From a virus: a stretch of 64,000 nucleotides of DNA. The translations under genes and the position numbers were made by a program. The stretch spans positions 64,001-128,000 of the IMG/VR virus record IMGVR_UViG_3300027806_000001. One strand, given 5' to 3'. Of the stretch, positions 1 to 9,613 are shown in pieces. Position 1 is the stretch's first letter. Each line of letters opens with the position of its first letter. The notes beneath the pieces were generated by a model, which did not search any database, was not told the origin of the DNA, and saw nothing but the letters and a program-made list of their open reading frames with translations.

Positions 1-10
1 TACGCAACAG

Positions 11-691
11 TCAGGGGGTCGCCACGACGGTCTTGGAGGTCGCCTGCAGGTACCAGTCCGGGGGCTGCGCGCCCCACTTCCAGGTGGCGAAGGGCTTGCA
101 CTCCACGTAGAACTTCCGGTAGGCCTCCACGGGGTCGATCCCGTGGAACCGCTCCGGCATCCCCATGTAGAACGGCGTCCGCGGCCCCTTCGGGATGTTG
201 GCCGGCGGCTCGCTCAGGTGGGACTTGATCAGCTTGCCGGCCTTGTGCGGCTTGCCGCGGCGCCGGGTGAACTCCACGGCCATCTCGAGGCCGTGCTCCG
301 CCAGCCAGCGGTAGTTCGCGTCCGACGCCCTGGCCCAGACGGTGCAGCCGTGGTTGAGGTGGGTGGTCTTGTACAGGATCTTGTCCAGCGGGTCCGGCAG
401 GACGAACTCGACCTTCCAGCGGCCGGTCTTGGTCAAGGTCTTGACCGGCTGGCCGGCCAGGACCCGGTGGGCCACGGACAGCATCTGCGCCGTCTCGGTG
501 ATCATCTTGTTCACGTGCTCGTCGCAGAGGGACCGGGCGGCCTCCCTGGGATCGTCGTCGACCGCGAAGATGTTGAAGTGCATGAACTCCCGCACTTTGT
601 CGGGATCGATCCACAGGCGGTGGAGCATGTCGCCGATGCAGATGATGGTGGTGTTGCCTGTCCCGCCCAGGAGGATGTCCGTAGGCTTCAC
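11..691 (-). CDS. Pyrimidine-dimer DNA glycosylase / endonuclease V-like (Pyr_excise-type) protein
   Basis: NIFAVDDDPREAARSLCDEHVNKMITETAQMLS, HLNHGCTVWAR and DPVEAYRKFY..K motifs typical of this phage family; true start may be the internal Met before FNIF. Confidence 0.72.
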   Translation of the reverse strand: MKPTDILLGGTGNTTIICIGDMLHRLWIDPDKVREFMHFNIFAVDDDPREAARSLCDEHVNKMITETAQMLSVAHRVLAGQPVKTLTKTGRWKVEFVLPDPLDKILYKTTHLNHGCTVWARASDANYRWLAEHGLEMAVEFTRRRGKPHKAGKLIKSHLSEPPANIPKGPRTPFYMGMPERFHGIDPVEAYRKFYVECKPFATWKWGAQPPDWYLQATSKTVVATP

Positions 692-1098
692 CTCTTCCCC
701 GCTTCCAGGATCGGCAGCCCGGCCTCCGTCGGGATGTAGATGACGGAGTTGTTGCCCTTGTCCAGATTTTCGATCCAGAGCCAGCGCAGGTAGGACTCGT
801 TGTCCTTCAGGCTGTTACCGATGATCTTGTTGGCCTGGGCCACGCCCTCGGCCCGCTTGATCTCGGCCTGCGCCAGGTGGGTGGCGGCGTCCAGCTTGGC
901 CTGAGCCTCGAGCACGGTGATGCGGCGGTTGCCTTCGGCCTGGGCCAGCTGAGCCTGGCCTTCCTTTTCGGCCGACCAAACGCGGTAGATTGGCGCAAAG
1001 AGCAGCCAGCCTCCGACCACCACCACAATGGCCATCAAAACGATGCCTGCCAGAAAGAGAAACGCCACTTCTGTCTTCTTATCATTGCTGTTGTACAT
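688..1098 (-). CDS. Single-TM membrane protein with SPFH/band-7-like coiled C-terminus
   Basis: N-terminal hydrophobic helix, AEIKRAEGVAQANKIIG..L...YLRWLWI and YIPTEAGLPILEA. Confidence 0.55.
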   Translation of the reverse strand: MYNSNDKKTEVAFLFLAGIVLMAIVVVVGGWLLFAPIYRVWSAEKEGQAQLAQAEGNRRITVLEAQAKLDAATHLAQAEIKRAEGVAQANKIIGNSLKDNESYLRWLWIENLDKGNNSVIYIPTEAGLPILEAGKR

Positions 1099-1111
1099 GT
1101 TTTCATTCCTT

Positions 1112-1735
1112 TCAGAGATTCATCAGAATTCCGTCGTGCACCGCGCGGTACCGACGGTCGAGCATCGACGCGTTGACCAGGACGGACTTGCCGCGCTGGT
1201 AGTGTCCCCTGGCCTCGTGGATGTGGCCAAAGACGTGCAGCTTCGGCTGGACCCTGTCCAAGGCCCCTAGGAGCTCATTACAGCCGACCTCTTCGCCCTC
1301 TTGCGTACGGTCCCCCAGACCGAACGGCGGGCCGTGCGTGACCAGGACGTCGATCCCTGAGGGAATCAGATCCCACTTGGCCTTCAGGGCCTCGCCACGC
1401 GGCAGGTTGAACGCCCAGTCGTTGAACCACGGTTGCCAGGGCGAACCCCAGATCCTCAGACCCTCGACCGTCACTTCCTCGTCCTGCAGGTAGTGGATGC
1501 CTGCGTCCTTGAACCACTTCGTTGCCGGGTCGCCGTTTTGAAGGCAGAAGTCGTGGTTGCCGGCGATGACCACCTTGTGCGGATGCGGCAACGACTCCAG
1601 CCAGGCCACGGCCTGGGCCATCTCCGACAGTTTGCCTTCCATGGTCAGGTCCCCTGCATGGATCAGCAGGTCGCCGTCGGGCACGAACGAGCCCTCGCAT
1701 CTGTTGTGCGTATCGGAAATCAGGACCACCCTCAT
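1112..1735 (-). CDS. Calcineurin-like metallophosphoesterase
   Basis: DTHN, HAGD, AGNHD, THGPP, GHIHE motifs in order. Confidence 0.9.
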   Translation of the reverse strand: MRVVLISDTHNRCEGSFVPDGDLLIHAGDLTMEGKLSEMAQAVAWLESLPHPHKVVIAGNHDFCLQNGDPATKWFKDAGIHYLQDEEVTVEGLRIWGSPWQPWFNDWAFNLPRGEALKAKWDLIPSGIDVLVTHGPPFGLGDRTQEGEEVGCNELLGALDRVQPKLHVFGHIHEARGHYQRGKSVLVNASMLDRRYRAVHDGILMNL

Positions 1736-1932
1736 TGCGACATCCCTCCGTAGTTCTTCTTCAAGTCCTCCAGCTGCCGCAGCCTGGCCAGCACGCAGTC
1801 CGTGCAGACCGTCAGCGGCTTTCCAGGTCTGGCTCGGTCAACCGGCAACCTCAGCGGCCACCTGCCGGGGTTGCCGGCAAGTTTGCAGGTCGGATCGCCG
1901 CAGTAGAAGCAGTCTCCGTCTTTGACGTCCAT
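1732..1932 (-). CDS. Small Cys-rich (Zn-binding) protein
   Basis: CFYC..PTC and CTDC; coupled to neighbours by overlapping stop/start. Confidence 0.45.
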   Translation of the reverse strand: MDVKDGDCFYCGDPTCKLAGNPGRWPLRLPVDRARPGKPLTVCTDCVLARLRQLEDLKKNYGGMSQ

Positions 1933-2250
1933 TCAGCTTCCTCCTTGGCCGTTGCCGTAGTCGTCGCCGGTGCCGTAGCCTGTGCCCCTGCCGTCGCCAT
2001 AACCCCTGCCGTTGCCCATGCCGTAGCCCTTGCCCCCACCGCAGCCGTTGCCGTTGCTGCCGCCGTTGCCCATGCCGCCGCCCCAGCCCATGCCGCTGCC
2101 GCTATCACAGCTGCCGCCCCAGCCGTAACCTCTGCCGGTGCCTTCGCCGCCGCCAATGCCATTGCCGCTGCCGTAGCCGCTGCCATCGCCGTCGCCGTAG
2201 CCGCTGCCGTTACCCCTATGGATGTCCCTCGTTTTGTCCTTGTAGCTCAT
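1933..2250 (-). CDS. (Gly-X)n micro-protein, cluster A
   Basis: 105 aa, alternating Gly; ends GNGQGGS with RBS for next gene. Confidence 0.65.
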   Translation of the reverse strand: MSYKDKTRDIHRGNGSGYGDGDGSGYGSGNGIGGGEGTGRGYGWGGSCDSGSGMGWGGGMGNGGSNGNGCGGGKGYGMGNGRGYGDGRGTGYGTGDDYGNGQGGS

Positions 2251-2637
2251 TCAATTTCCTCCTTGGCCGTTGCCGTAGCCCGCGCAGGTGCCGTAGCCTG
2301 TGCCCTTGCCCTTGCCGTCGCCTCTGCCGTGGCCGCCGCCGCAGCCGTCGCCGGAGCCGCTGCCGCCGCCGCAGCCGCCGCCGCTGCCATCCCAGCCGCT
2401 GCCCCAGCCGTAACCTCTGCCGGTGCCATCGCCGCGACCAATGCCGTACTTTAAGTTGCCTACACCGTAGCCCCTGCCGTCGCCGTAGCCGCTGTCCTGA
2501 TTGCTGCCCCAGCCTCCTCCTTTGCCGTTGCCGTCTCCGCGACCGGTGCCATTGCCGCAGCTGCCCCGGCCCTCACCTGTGCCGTTGCCGAATCCGGCGC
2601 CGCTGCCACAGCCGTAGCCACTGCCTTTGTCGCTCAT
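2251..2637 (-). CDS. (Gly-X)n micro-protein, cluster A
   Basis: Start MSDKGSG at 2637 overlaps upstream TGA (ATGA); ends GNGQGGN. Confidence 0.65.
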   Translation of the reverse strand: MSDKGSGYGCGSGAGFGNGTGEGRGSCGNGTGRGDGNGKGGGWGSNQDSGYGDGRGYGVGNLKYGIGRGDGTGRGYGWGSGWDGSGGGCGGGSGSGDGCGGGHGRGDGKGKGTGYGTCAGYGNGQGGN

Positions 2638-2984
2638 TGCATCCTGCCTTTCTTGGCCGTTGCGCAGGCCCGGCACGCCGGTCGGCGCAGTCCCAGCCCC
2701 GCTCCTTCGTACCCGCACTCCGCGCAGACCTTCCTGGACCGTTCGGCGTACGCCCGCAGCAGTCCGGAGACGTCCTCGGGCCGGAACCTGCCGGCCAGGG
2801 CCATCGCCAGGCCGTCGCTGGAGGCGAACACCTGGGTGACCTGGAAATTCTTGCCCAGGATGCCCTTGGTCCGCATCTCGTCCAGCTCGTGCAGCAGGCC
2901 GGACACCAGCGTCGTCCAGCCGGGCGGCACGCGGTACACGGTGTCCCTGTTGATCTCGTAGTCGGGATATCCTCCTCGGGTCAT
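2634..2984 (-). CDS. Hypothetical phage protein with C-terminal Zn ribbon
   Basis: GW..LV..L..EL ... RSRKVCAECG ... CRAC. Confidence 0.55.
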   Translation of the reverse strand: MTRGGYPDYEINRDTVYRVPPGWTTLVSGLLHELDEMRTKGILGKNFQVTQVFASSDGLAMALAGRFRPEDVSGLLRAYAERSRKVCAECGYEGAGLGLRRPACRACATAKKGRMQ

Positions 2985-3168
2985 CGCACCTCCACGCCGA
3001 CGGCGAGCCGCTTGCGCAGCACGAAGTGCTTGATCTCGAGCAGGGTGCGCCGGCTCACCCCTGGGTGCGGATCGGTGTGGCTGAGGACCAGCAGGAGCAT
3101 GTCCTTGTGGTCCTCGAGCTCTCGCTCCAGGGCGGACACCTCGGCCAGGGCCTGCTCGAGCAGCCCTC

Positions 3169-3675
3169 TCAGTATGGCCGCGTCCCCGCGGGGTTGTCCA
3201 GGAGCTGCTCGACGCTCGTCAGGACCGTCTCCATCGCCGTCAGCCAGCCGTGTCCCTCCAGTATCCACCCCGCCCTGTTGAAGAGGGAGGTGCGGCACTC
3301 CGTCCCAAGCCTGCGGATCACCGGCCTGCACCGGTGCTTCAGGTCCGCCTGCGCCGAGTGCTGGCTGATCATGGACAGCCTGTCCAGGGCGGCCAAGGCC
3401 GCGGTCCTCGTCTCCGGCGTGACGCGGGGGGAGGCATGCAGCTTCTCCGCCCGCTCCCTCAGGTCCCGGATCCTGCACGTCGTCCAGTCCATCCTGGTCC
3501 TGGCGACCTTTCTCAGCCCCCGCAACAGCTGCGTCGCCTCCCATACGTCCTCCGGGATGGTCACATGCTCCGTCTGCGTCCCCCGCTCTGGCGACCAGTC
3601 GGTCACCGCCATCGTCGTAAACTCCGGGTCCATGCATGGTTCCTGCCTTTTTCGTTCAAGGTTCAAAGCCTTCAT
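3169..3675 (-). CDS. Hypothetical protein
   Basis: Distal part of long ORF from ATG 3675, which overlaps upstream stop (TGATG). Confidence 0.4.
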   Translation of the reverse strand: MKALNLERKRQEPCMDPEFTTMAVTDWSPERGTQTEHVTIPEDVWEATQLLRGLRKVARTRMDWTTCRIRDLRERAEKLHASPRVTPETRTAALAALDRLSMISQHSAQADLKHRCRPVIRRLGTECRTSLFNRAGWILEGHGWLTAMETVLTSVEQLLDNPAGTRPY

Positions 3676-4298
3676 CACTCCTCCAGGCCCTCGATGATGC
3701 GGTCCAGGAGGGACTCCTTCGAGTAGCCCGAGCGGTTCCTGCCCCAGCGGCGCCGGACGTGGTAGCTGTCCGGAGGGGCCGTCATCCTCTGCCCCATGCG
3801 CTGCGGCGGCAGGAACGTCCTCAGGGCGAAGCCGAGGCCCAGCCTTCGCATGAAGATGCCTGCCGGCACCAGCAGCTCGGGCTGGCCTCCCCGGCCGCGC
3901 CGCGGCGTCAGCCAGTGCGCAGGCAGCAGGGACGCCCAGAGCTCCTCCTCGTTCATCGTGGCCAGGTCCCTGCGGCGCAGGTCCCTCGCGTCCAGCCGGC
4001 ACGCCTCGCACACCGGCGGATCCTCGAACACCAGGTTCCAGCGGCCGCACCTGGCGTTCACCAGCTGCGGTTTGGCAGGAGGGCGCACGGTGGCCGTGCA
4101 GCGGCGCCAGCCCGGCACGGGGTGCAGCTCCCCGGCCGTGGCGAAGAAGCACGGCTCCCGAAGCCTGCGCCCGTCGCGCCGGCAGTCGGCCAGCGCCCTG
4201 ACGTAGGCGTGCAGCGGATCGGGGTCGGCGCAGAACTCTTCCTTCAGCAGCCGGTCGAACGAGCAGACGCGGTTCTCGATCATCTTCATCCAGCTCAT
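3675..4298 (-). CDS. Hypothetical protein
   Basis: 207-aa ORF with RBS (aggaagcaaggc) and coupled stop. Confidence 0.5.
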   Translation of the reverse strand: MSWMKMIENRVCSFDRLLKEEFCADPDPLHAYVRALADCRRDGRRLREPCFFATAGELHPVPGWRRCTATVRPPAKPQLVNARCGRWNLVFEDPPVCEACRLDARDLRRRDLATMNEEELWASLLPAHWLTPRRGRGGQPELLVPAGIFMRRLGLGFALRTFLPPQRMGQRMTAPPDSYHVRRRWGRNRSGYSKESLLDRIIEGLEE

Positions 4299-4476
4299 GC
4301 CTTGCTTCCTTTCTGCCTGGGCGCCTCGGGGTCGAGGTCAGGCACCTCCCTCGGGGACGGCCGTCGAAGCTCACTCTGACTCATGCCCCAGGCGCCCAAG
4401 GGCACCAGTACGGCCTGCACGTACAGCCGGTCTTTTTCGTCGAGGAACTCGACGTGCTCGATCATGACCAAGCGGG

Positions 4477-4833
4477 TCACACCGCCTCCAGGTCGATCAC
4501 GGTCATGCGGTCCTTGACCCGAGTCTCCCGGATCTTCTCCTCCATGCGGTTCAGCACCTCCTGCAGGTCGGCGATCTTGCAGTAGCAGGAGACCGTCCTG
4601 TCGTGGGGCTCGCCGAACGAAACCGACAGCCATGGCTGCGATGCGTGCGCTATCGCCCTCCGCAGCCGGGCGTCGAAGCCGCAGCCCAGGACGACGTGCA
4701 GGTTTTCGAGCTCCGGGCCGTGCCTCACCTGCCACTTGCCGTCCTGCTCGTGCAGGAACAGCGTGCCGCCGGAAGGGACCTCGTCCTTCGACGGCAACCT
4801 CCAGAACACCTTCAGCTTGCTTTTTCCTGCCAT
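4477..4833 (-). CDS. Hypothetical protein
   Basis: 118 aa, RBS aggaaga upstream. Confidence 0.55.
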   Translation of the reverse strand: MAGKSKLKVFWRLPSKDEVPSGGTLFLHEQDGKWQVRHGPELENLHVVLGCGFDARLRRAIAHASQPWLSVSFGEPHDRTVSCYCKIADLQEVLNRMEEKIRETRVKDRMTVIDLEAV

Positions 4834-4947
4834 GTCATCTTCTTCCTTTCCGGATCCTCTTGATCAGCCAGTCGGTGATCTTTCCGGCGATCTCACCCAG
4901 GAGCGCCCCGATGATGATCCCCGAGACGGCGGCCAGCACGTACACGC

Positions 4948-5157
4948 TCATTTCCGACGCTCCAAAATCAGTTTCAGCAAAAAGCCGGTCACGTGCAGCA
5001 AGATCAACGGGGCCACGAGCATGGCCGCAGGCAGCAGCACCAACCACCACGACCAGTCGATTGTTCCTGCCAGCTTCAGCAACAGCAGCGGGAACGCCAG
5101 GAAAAACATGACGAACATGTACGGCGAGCACCCCGGGTTCGAATCGCCGCGGTTCAC
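4948..5157 (-). CDS. Small membrane protein
   Basis: Two hydrophobic segments, LKLAGTIDWSWWLVLLP (common phage motif). Confidence 0.6.
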   Translation of the reverse strand: MNRGDSNPGCSPYMFVMFFLAFPLLLLKLAGTIDWSWWLVLLPAAMLVAPLILLHVTGFLLKLILERRK

Positions 5158-5405
5158 TGCTGCACCTCCTTCCTGTCAAGCTCGGCGACCCCCAGGGCGT
5201 CGAAGGCCGACCGGTTGATCGCCCGCAGCACGCCGCGCAGCTGCTTGACCTGGGCCTCGAGTTCAGCAATGCGGGCCCTCTGCTGAATGACCTGGTTGGT
5301 CAGCGTTTTGATGAAGTCCGTCGCGTCGGCCACTGCTTCGCGATGCCTCTTGTTCTGCTCCTCTATCGTGACGTTCATGTCTTCCATGGGTTTCTCCTGC
5401 TGCAT
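5154..5405 (-). CDS. Small coiled-coil protein
   Basis: Heptad-like QQRARIAELEAQVKQLR. Confidence 0.5.
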   Translation of the reverse strand: MQQEKPMEDMNVTIEEQNKRHREAVADATDFIKTLTNQVIQQRARIAELEAQVKQLRGVLRAINRSAFDALGVAELDRKEVQQ

Positions 5406-5472
5406 GTGTTTTTCTCGAACAACGGCCCGTCGATCGCTCCGCTCTGCCGCTCCTGGACCCGGGCAGGTCCGT

Positions 5473-6069
5473 TCAGGGTCCGCGCGCCAGGCTGCCCAAG
5501 GCGGCGCTCCAAGGATGCAGGGCCTTGCCCACCCTGGGCCACGGATCGGTCCTGTTGTACGCCGGCAACAGCTCCTTGCGCTCGCCGGGGCGCAGGCACA
5601 GCGCCTGGAGGAGGTTGTCCTGCAGCTTCCAGTAGTCGAACAGATGGCGAAGCTGTTCGGCCGGGATCTCGTTGATCATGAAGTCGCGCCTGGCGCGCCG
5701 CTCCAGGGAGGCCCGCCAGTCCGCCGCCCCGACCGCCCCTACGATCACCTCCCTGGAGCAGACCAGGCGCCCGTCCGCCGGTAGCTGCATGCCCGGGAGG
5801 TCGTACTCCCTCATGGCCCGGCTCACCGACTTGGCGTGCAGGTCCAGGCTCTCCTGCACGTCCCCCGAGAGGTTTTGCAGGTACCCTCCGTCCTGCAGGT
5901 TCCTGGTGCGCTGGGCCAGGGCCGCGACCAGGTCCGGCGAGTCGACCAGGTGCGTCACCCTCCACGCCTGGAGCAGGGCCTTGCCCACGTCGCGCCTCAT
6001 TCCTCTCGATGTCGTCGCAGCGTAGCTGTCCGCGACAGCCTCCCCGTACTTGTCTTCCAAAGACGCCAT
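5473..6069 (-). CDS. Hypothetical protein
   Basis: Start MASLEDK after RBS aagggag, downstream of promoter at 6110-6138. Confidence 0.55.
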   Translation of the reverse strand: MASLEDKYGEAVADSYAATTSRGMRRDVGKALLQAWRVTHLVDSPDLVAALAQRTRNLQDGGYLQNLSGDVQESLDLHAKSVSRAMREYDLPGMQLPADGRLVCSREVIVGAVGAADWRASLERRARRDFMINEIPAEQLRHLFDYWKLQDNLLQALCLRPGERKELLPAYNRTDPWPRVGKALHPWSAALGSLARGP

Positions 6070-6109
6070 GCATACTCCCTTCTCGACGGCGGCCGGGAGG
6101 CCGTCGTGT

Positions 6110-6138
6110 ATTCTCACACGAGGCAGGACGCTGTTTAC
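6110..6138 (-). promoter_or_regulatory. TAAAY-N17 promoter (variant GTAAAC ... GAGAAT)
   Basis: Minus strand GTAAAC-17 nt-GAGAAT with CGTGT before the -10. Confidence 0.6.
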
Positions 6139-6488
6139 AGGCCCTTCCACTCGTCCCGGTGCTCGAACACCGGGTCGATTCCGGGCCTCGTGCCCAGGTG
6201 CAGGGCATGCTTCCACCTGGCGTCGAGCGCCACGGTCACCAGGTCCTGCCTGCGCTCGAACATGGCGTAGCACCAGGTGCCGCGGCGCCGCCAGTACCGC
6301 TCCCGCAGGGAGGTCGGATCGTCCCCAAGGGCCGAGTACGTGTGCGTCTTGTGCAGAGGCACTCCGTTGAGCTGCATGAACTCCAGGGCCTGCCTCCAGT
6401 CCCTGAACCGGTACCTGACGAACTGCCCCGGCTGCACGGACGACAGGAGGGTCCAGCCTTCCGGCACCTGCTCAGAGGTCTTCGGCAT
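6135..6488 (-). CDS. Hypothetical protein
   Basis: 117-aa ORF, RBS aggga. Confidence 0.5.
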   Translation of the reverse strand: MPKTSEQVPEGWTLLSSVQPGQFVRYRFRDWRQALEFMQLNGVPLHKTHTYSALGDDPTSLRERYWRRRGTWCYAMFERRQDLVTVALDARWKHALHLGTRPGIDPVFEHRDEWKGL

Positions 6489-6762
6489 CGGAGTCCCTCC
6501 CCTTCTCGGGCAGCTCCCTCAGCAGGCACATTATGCCGATCGCCGACCCTATGCAGATCATGGACGACACCGCCAGGATCACGAACTGAATCTCGCTTAT
6601 CTCGATCACGAACTGAATCTCGCTTATCTCCATTCCTCGCTCCTTTGTCAGAATCCAAGCCACAGCAGGGCCAGGGCCGTCAGCCCGATCATCAGGACCG
6701 CCGCGGCGCCGAAGATCAGCGCGGACAGCGCGGCCTCCCGCCAGGGCCTGGCCTCGAACGGA

Positions 6763-7410
6763 TCACGTCGCATGCCCGGCCTCCCCTCTCGACACGCTCA
6801 GCCGCCACAGCACGTCCCTGGCCATCTCGAGGACCGTCGGCATGGCGTCCCTGGCCTTCGGCGCACCGCACAGCATGCAGGACCTCCACATGGAGTACGC
6901 CTGCATCACGAGCCAGCCTGGAAGCCGGCCGTCCTTCTCCAGGAAGTGCGCGCAGCAGGCGACCGTGCGGACCAGCGACGCCGCCGAGATGGCCTCCGAC
7001 CAGGTCGCGTTGAACGCCAACGCGGCCCCCGGCTCCATCGTCGACCAGACCGACATCTCCCTGTACTGCGCCACGGTGCCGTCCAGGCCGTCGTCGGCCG
7101 TCCGCAGGATCGCCTTGGCCCCCTGGCGGTCCCGCATGCGCTCGTCGTCGGTCATGGGGGTGCGGCGCCACTCGTGCGTCTTCCAGGCCAGGTACGCGTC
7201 CACCTTCCGCAGGGCCTCGACGGACGAATCGTGCACCAGCAGCGGCTCGACCTCCTCGGTCAGCCTGCGCAGGATCCCCATCTGCCTGAGGGCGGCGTTC
7301 TCGTCCCTGTTCCCCGCATCCAGCCGGTCGGCGATCCTGCCCTCGATCTCCAGCACCTCGATCAGCAGTTTGGCCCTCTGCTCCTCCCAATCTGCATCCT
7401 GCCCGGTCAT
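6763..7410 (-). CDS. Hypothetical protein
   Basis: Start MTGQDAD overlaps upstream stop. Confidence 0.5.
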   Translation of the reverse strand: MTGQDADWEEQRAKLLIEVLEIEGRIADRLDAGNRDENAALRQMGILRRLTEEVEPLLVHDSSVEALRKVDAYLAWKTHEWRRTPMTDDERMRDRQGAKAILRTADDGLDGTVAQYREMSVWSTMEPGAALAFNATWSEAISAASLVRTVACCAHFLEKDGRLPGWLVMQAYSMWRSCMLCGAPKARDAMPTVLEMARDVLWRLSVSRGEAGHAT

Positions 7411-7829
7411 CGGACCCCCTTCCTGGCGCTCTTGAGCTTCGCCGCGGCCGCGACGTTTCGTAGGAACCTCGACATGGCCGCAACGCTTCGGGCCAGCACC
7501 TTTGCACTGCTGTTTCCAGACTCCATGGCCAGCGCCGCCTCGTCGAATCCGCGCCTCAGGCATTCTATCAGCAGCCTGTCGTGCTCCCACGACCGCCTGT
7601 CGACCTCCTGGTCCTGCTGATCTACCACGTCACCGAGCGCGTCCGAGGCCGTGTCCAGGCTGTCCGCAAAGTCCCGCACCATGCTTCGCAGCGCCATCGC
7701 CTCGTCCTTAGGTGCCTCCGCCACCTTGTCGAACACCTTGGTCAGCCGGCGCAGCTCGGAATCCAGGTCCCTTGACGCAGGGCGGCGCTTCCCGGGTGCG
7801 GCCTTCTTCTTCGTCTTCTTCTTTGCCAT
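7407..7829 (-). CDS. Hypothetical helical protein with basic N-terminus
   Basis: MAKKKTKKKAAPGKRR then coiled coil. Confidence 0.55.
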   Translation of the reverse strand: MAKKKTKKKAAPGKRRPASRDLDSELRRLTKVFDKVAEAPKDEAMALRSMVRDFADSLDTASDALGDVVDQQDQEVDRRSWEHDRLLIECLRRGFDEAALAMESGNSSAKVLARSVAAMSRFLRNVAAAAKLKSARKGVR

Positions 7830-7838
7830 GTGTCGCTC

Positions 7839-8039
7839 CTAGTTCCCGTCGTCGACGGGACAGTCCAGATATTGGTCCAGCGCGTCCTTGATCTGGAGGT
7901 ACAGCGTGTCGCTCCGGGAGCCGACCGGAGGATCGTCCGGCACCAGCCCCTCGAGGACGAGCACGTTGTAAAGCGCGTTCGTCATGCGGTTCCTAATGGC
8001 GATGCGCTCGCGGTTGTTCAGCTTGATCAGATCCTTCAT
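7839..8039 (-). CDS. Hypothetical protein
   Basis: 66 aa, coupled to upstream Gly-rich ORF. Confidence 0.5.
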   Translation of the reverse strand: MKDLIKLNNRERIAIRNRMTNALYNVLVLEGLVPDDPPVGSRSDTLYLQIKDALDQYLDCPVDDGN

Positions 8040-8287
8040 CCCCTCCCCCTGCCGTCGCCGCTGCCCGTGCCGCCGCCAGTGCCGCAGCCGTAACCGCCGC
8101 CGCAGCCGTCGCCCTTGCCGCCCGCCGTCACGCCGCCGGCGTTGCCGCCGCCCATGCCTCTGCCGTTGCCGTTGCCGCTGCCCTCGCCGCTGCCGTAGCC
8201 GCCGCCGGCGTTGCCGTAGCCGTAGCCCATGCCGTAGCCGTCTCCTCTTCCGCTGGCCGTTCCGCTGCCAGGTTGAATGCCGCTCAT
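8036..8287 (-). CDS. (Gly-X)n micro-protein, cluster B
   Basis: Start MSGIQPGSG at 8287 overlaps upstream TGA. Confidence 0.65.
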   Translation of the reverse strand: MSGIQPGSGTASGRGDGYGMGYGYGNAGGGYGSGEGSGNGNGRGMGGGNAGGVTAGGKGDGCGGGYGCGTGGGTGSGDGRGRG

Positions 8288-8508
8288 GCAGTCACCTCCT
8301 TGGGCTCTTCCTCGTCCTTGTAGATCTCGACCCTGTACTCCGTGCCCGTCTTCGTGACCTTGGTCGCGACGTCGTTCAGCCAGTCCGCATCCTCCTGCGC
8401 CTTGGCCCTGGAGTCGTAGATGCAGGGCTTGCCGACGCCCTCGTTGAGCAGGCCGCGGTCGTCCTTGTCCTTCATCAGGCGGACGCACCATCTGCGCTTG
8501 GCCTTCAT
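8284..8508 (-). CDS. Hypothetical protein between Gly-rich ORFs
   Basis: 74 aa, coupled on both sides. Confidence 0.55.
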   Translation of the reverse strand: MKAKRRWCVRLMKDKDDRGLLNEGVGKPCIYDSRAKAQEDADWLNDVATKVTKTGTEYRVEIYKDEEEPKEVTA

Positions 8509-8873
8509 CAGTCCCCCCTTCCGGCGCCGTTGCCGAAGCCTTGGCCGCAGCTCATGCCCCAGCCCCTGCCACTGCCGTTGCCGTTGCCGCCACCATAGGC
8601 AGTGCCGCAGCCGTAGCCGCCGCCGCCAGAGCCGACGCTGCAGCCATAATCACCGCCGTGGCCGTTTGCGCTGCCGTGGCCGAAGCCGCCGCCCCTGCCG
8701 CTGCCTTTGCCATCGCCCCAGCCGCTGCCATCGCCATAGCCCCTGCCGTTGCCGCTGCCACAGCCACTGCCGTAGCCATAGCCGGTGCCATCGCCCCAGC
8801 CGCTGCCGTAGCCGTTGCCCCTGCCGTCTCCCATGCCGCTGGCTGTTCCGTTGCTCTGTCGGTTGTCGCTCAT
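8508..8873 (-). CDS. (Gly-X)n micro-protein, cluster B
   Basis: 121 aa, RBS aggaggac upstream. Confidence 0.7.
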   Translation of the reverse strand: MSDNRQSNGTASGMGDGRGNGYGSGWGDGTGYGYGSGCGSGNGRGYGDGSGWGDGKGSGRGGGFGHGSANGHGGDYGCSVGSGGGGYGCGTAYGGGNGNGSGRGWGMSCGQGFGNGAGRGD

Positions 8874-8971
8874 TTCAGTCCTCCTGCGCCCTGCAGGCTT
8901 TCACAGCTAAGCGCAATGGAAAGCAGGGGCCCGGGTGCAGGCCCGGGCCCCTGCCTCCTGGCGAGACGATG

Positions 8972-9439
8972 TCAGGCCGCTTCGCGAATGGTCTGCACGG
9001 CCTCGTCGGTGCACGGGATGCACTCGATCACGCCGTGGACGTAGATGTCCACCTCGGCGTCGATCTTGCTGTTCTTGGCATTGACGCCGTGCTTGGCGAC
9101 GCCCGACAGGGCGACGCCCTTCTTGCCCGCGGTGATCTCCCACGACCACAGCCGGCGGCCGTGAAGCAGGTAGTACTCGCCGCCCTGGCGGCCGACCATG
9201 AATCCGAAGTGCACGCCCGACTCACCGGAGCGCACGAGGACCCACCTGCCGGCGAACGGGTGCGGCTGCCAGGCGATGCTGGCGATCTCCGGGGCGATCT
9301 CCGGCTTCGAGGTCAGCGAAACGGCCGGGGCGCACTTGAGGCCCTTGACGGCCTTGGCGACCTCGCCGGGCACGACTTCCTTCACCACGTCGGTGATGGC
9401 GGGGCGGAGGGCGTCGACGATTGGATTGCTGCTGCTCAT
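8972..9439 (-). CDS. DUF6948-like phage protein
   Basis: WVLVRS..SGVHFG, RRLWSW, LSGVA..GV, EC.PCT.EA...I motifs; family name recalled from memory. Confidence 0.65.
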   Translation of the reverse strand: MSSSNPIVDALRPAITDVVKEVVPGEVAKAVKGLKCAPAVSLTSKPEIAPEIASIAWQPHPFAGRWVLVRSGESGVHFGFMVGRQGGEYYLLHGRRLWSWEITAGKKGVALSGVAKHGVNAKNSKIDAEVDIYVHGVIECIPCTDEAVQTIREAA

Positions 9440-9584
9440 GTGTCTGTCCTTTTCTCAACTTAGATTTCAATCGGTCCTTGGCGATGGCCAGGACCCTGGC
9501 TCCGAACATCCGAACATCCGAACCTCGATGCAACATGACAGGACCCGGTCGTCCCGGCGGAAGGGCGAAACGGCGTGTCAGTCT

Positions 9585-9613
9585 ATTATCACACGCCTGT
9601 GCTGCTTGTTTAG
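9585..9613 (-). promoter_or_regulatory. CTAAAC-N17-GATAAT promoter
   Basis: Exact 17-nt spacer, extended -10 TG. Confidence 0.7.

Noticed and set aside
6577-6630. 27-bp tandem duplication (EISEIQFVI x2) in a small membrane ORF
   Set aside because: Ordinary slippage duplication
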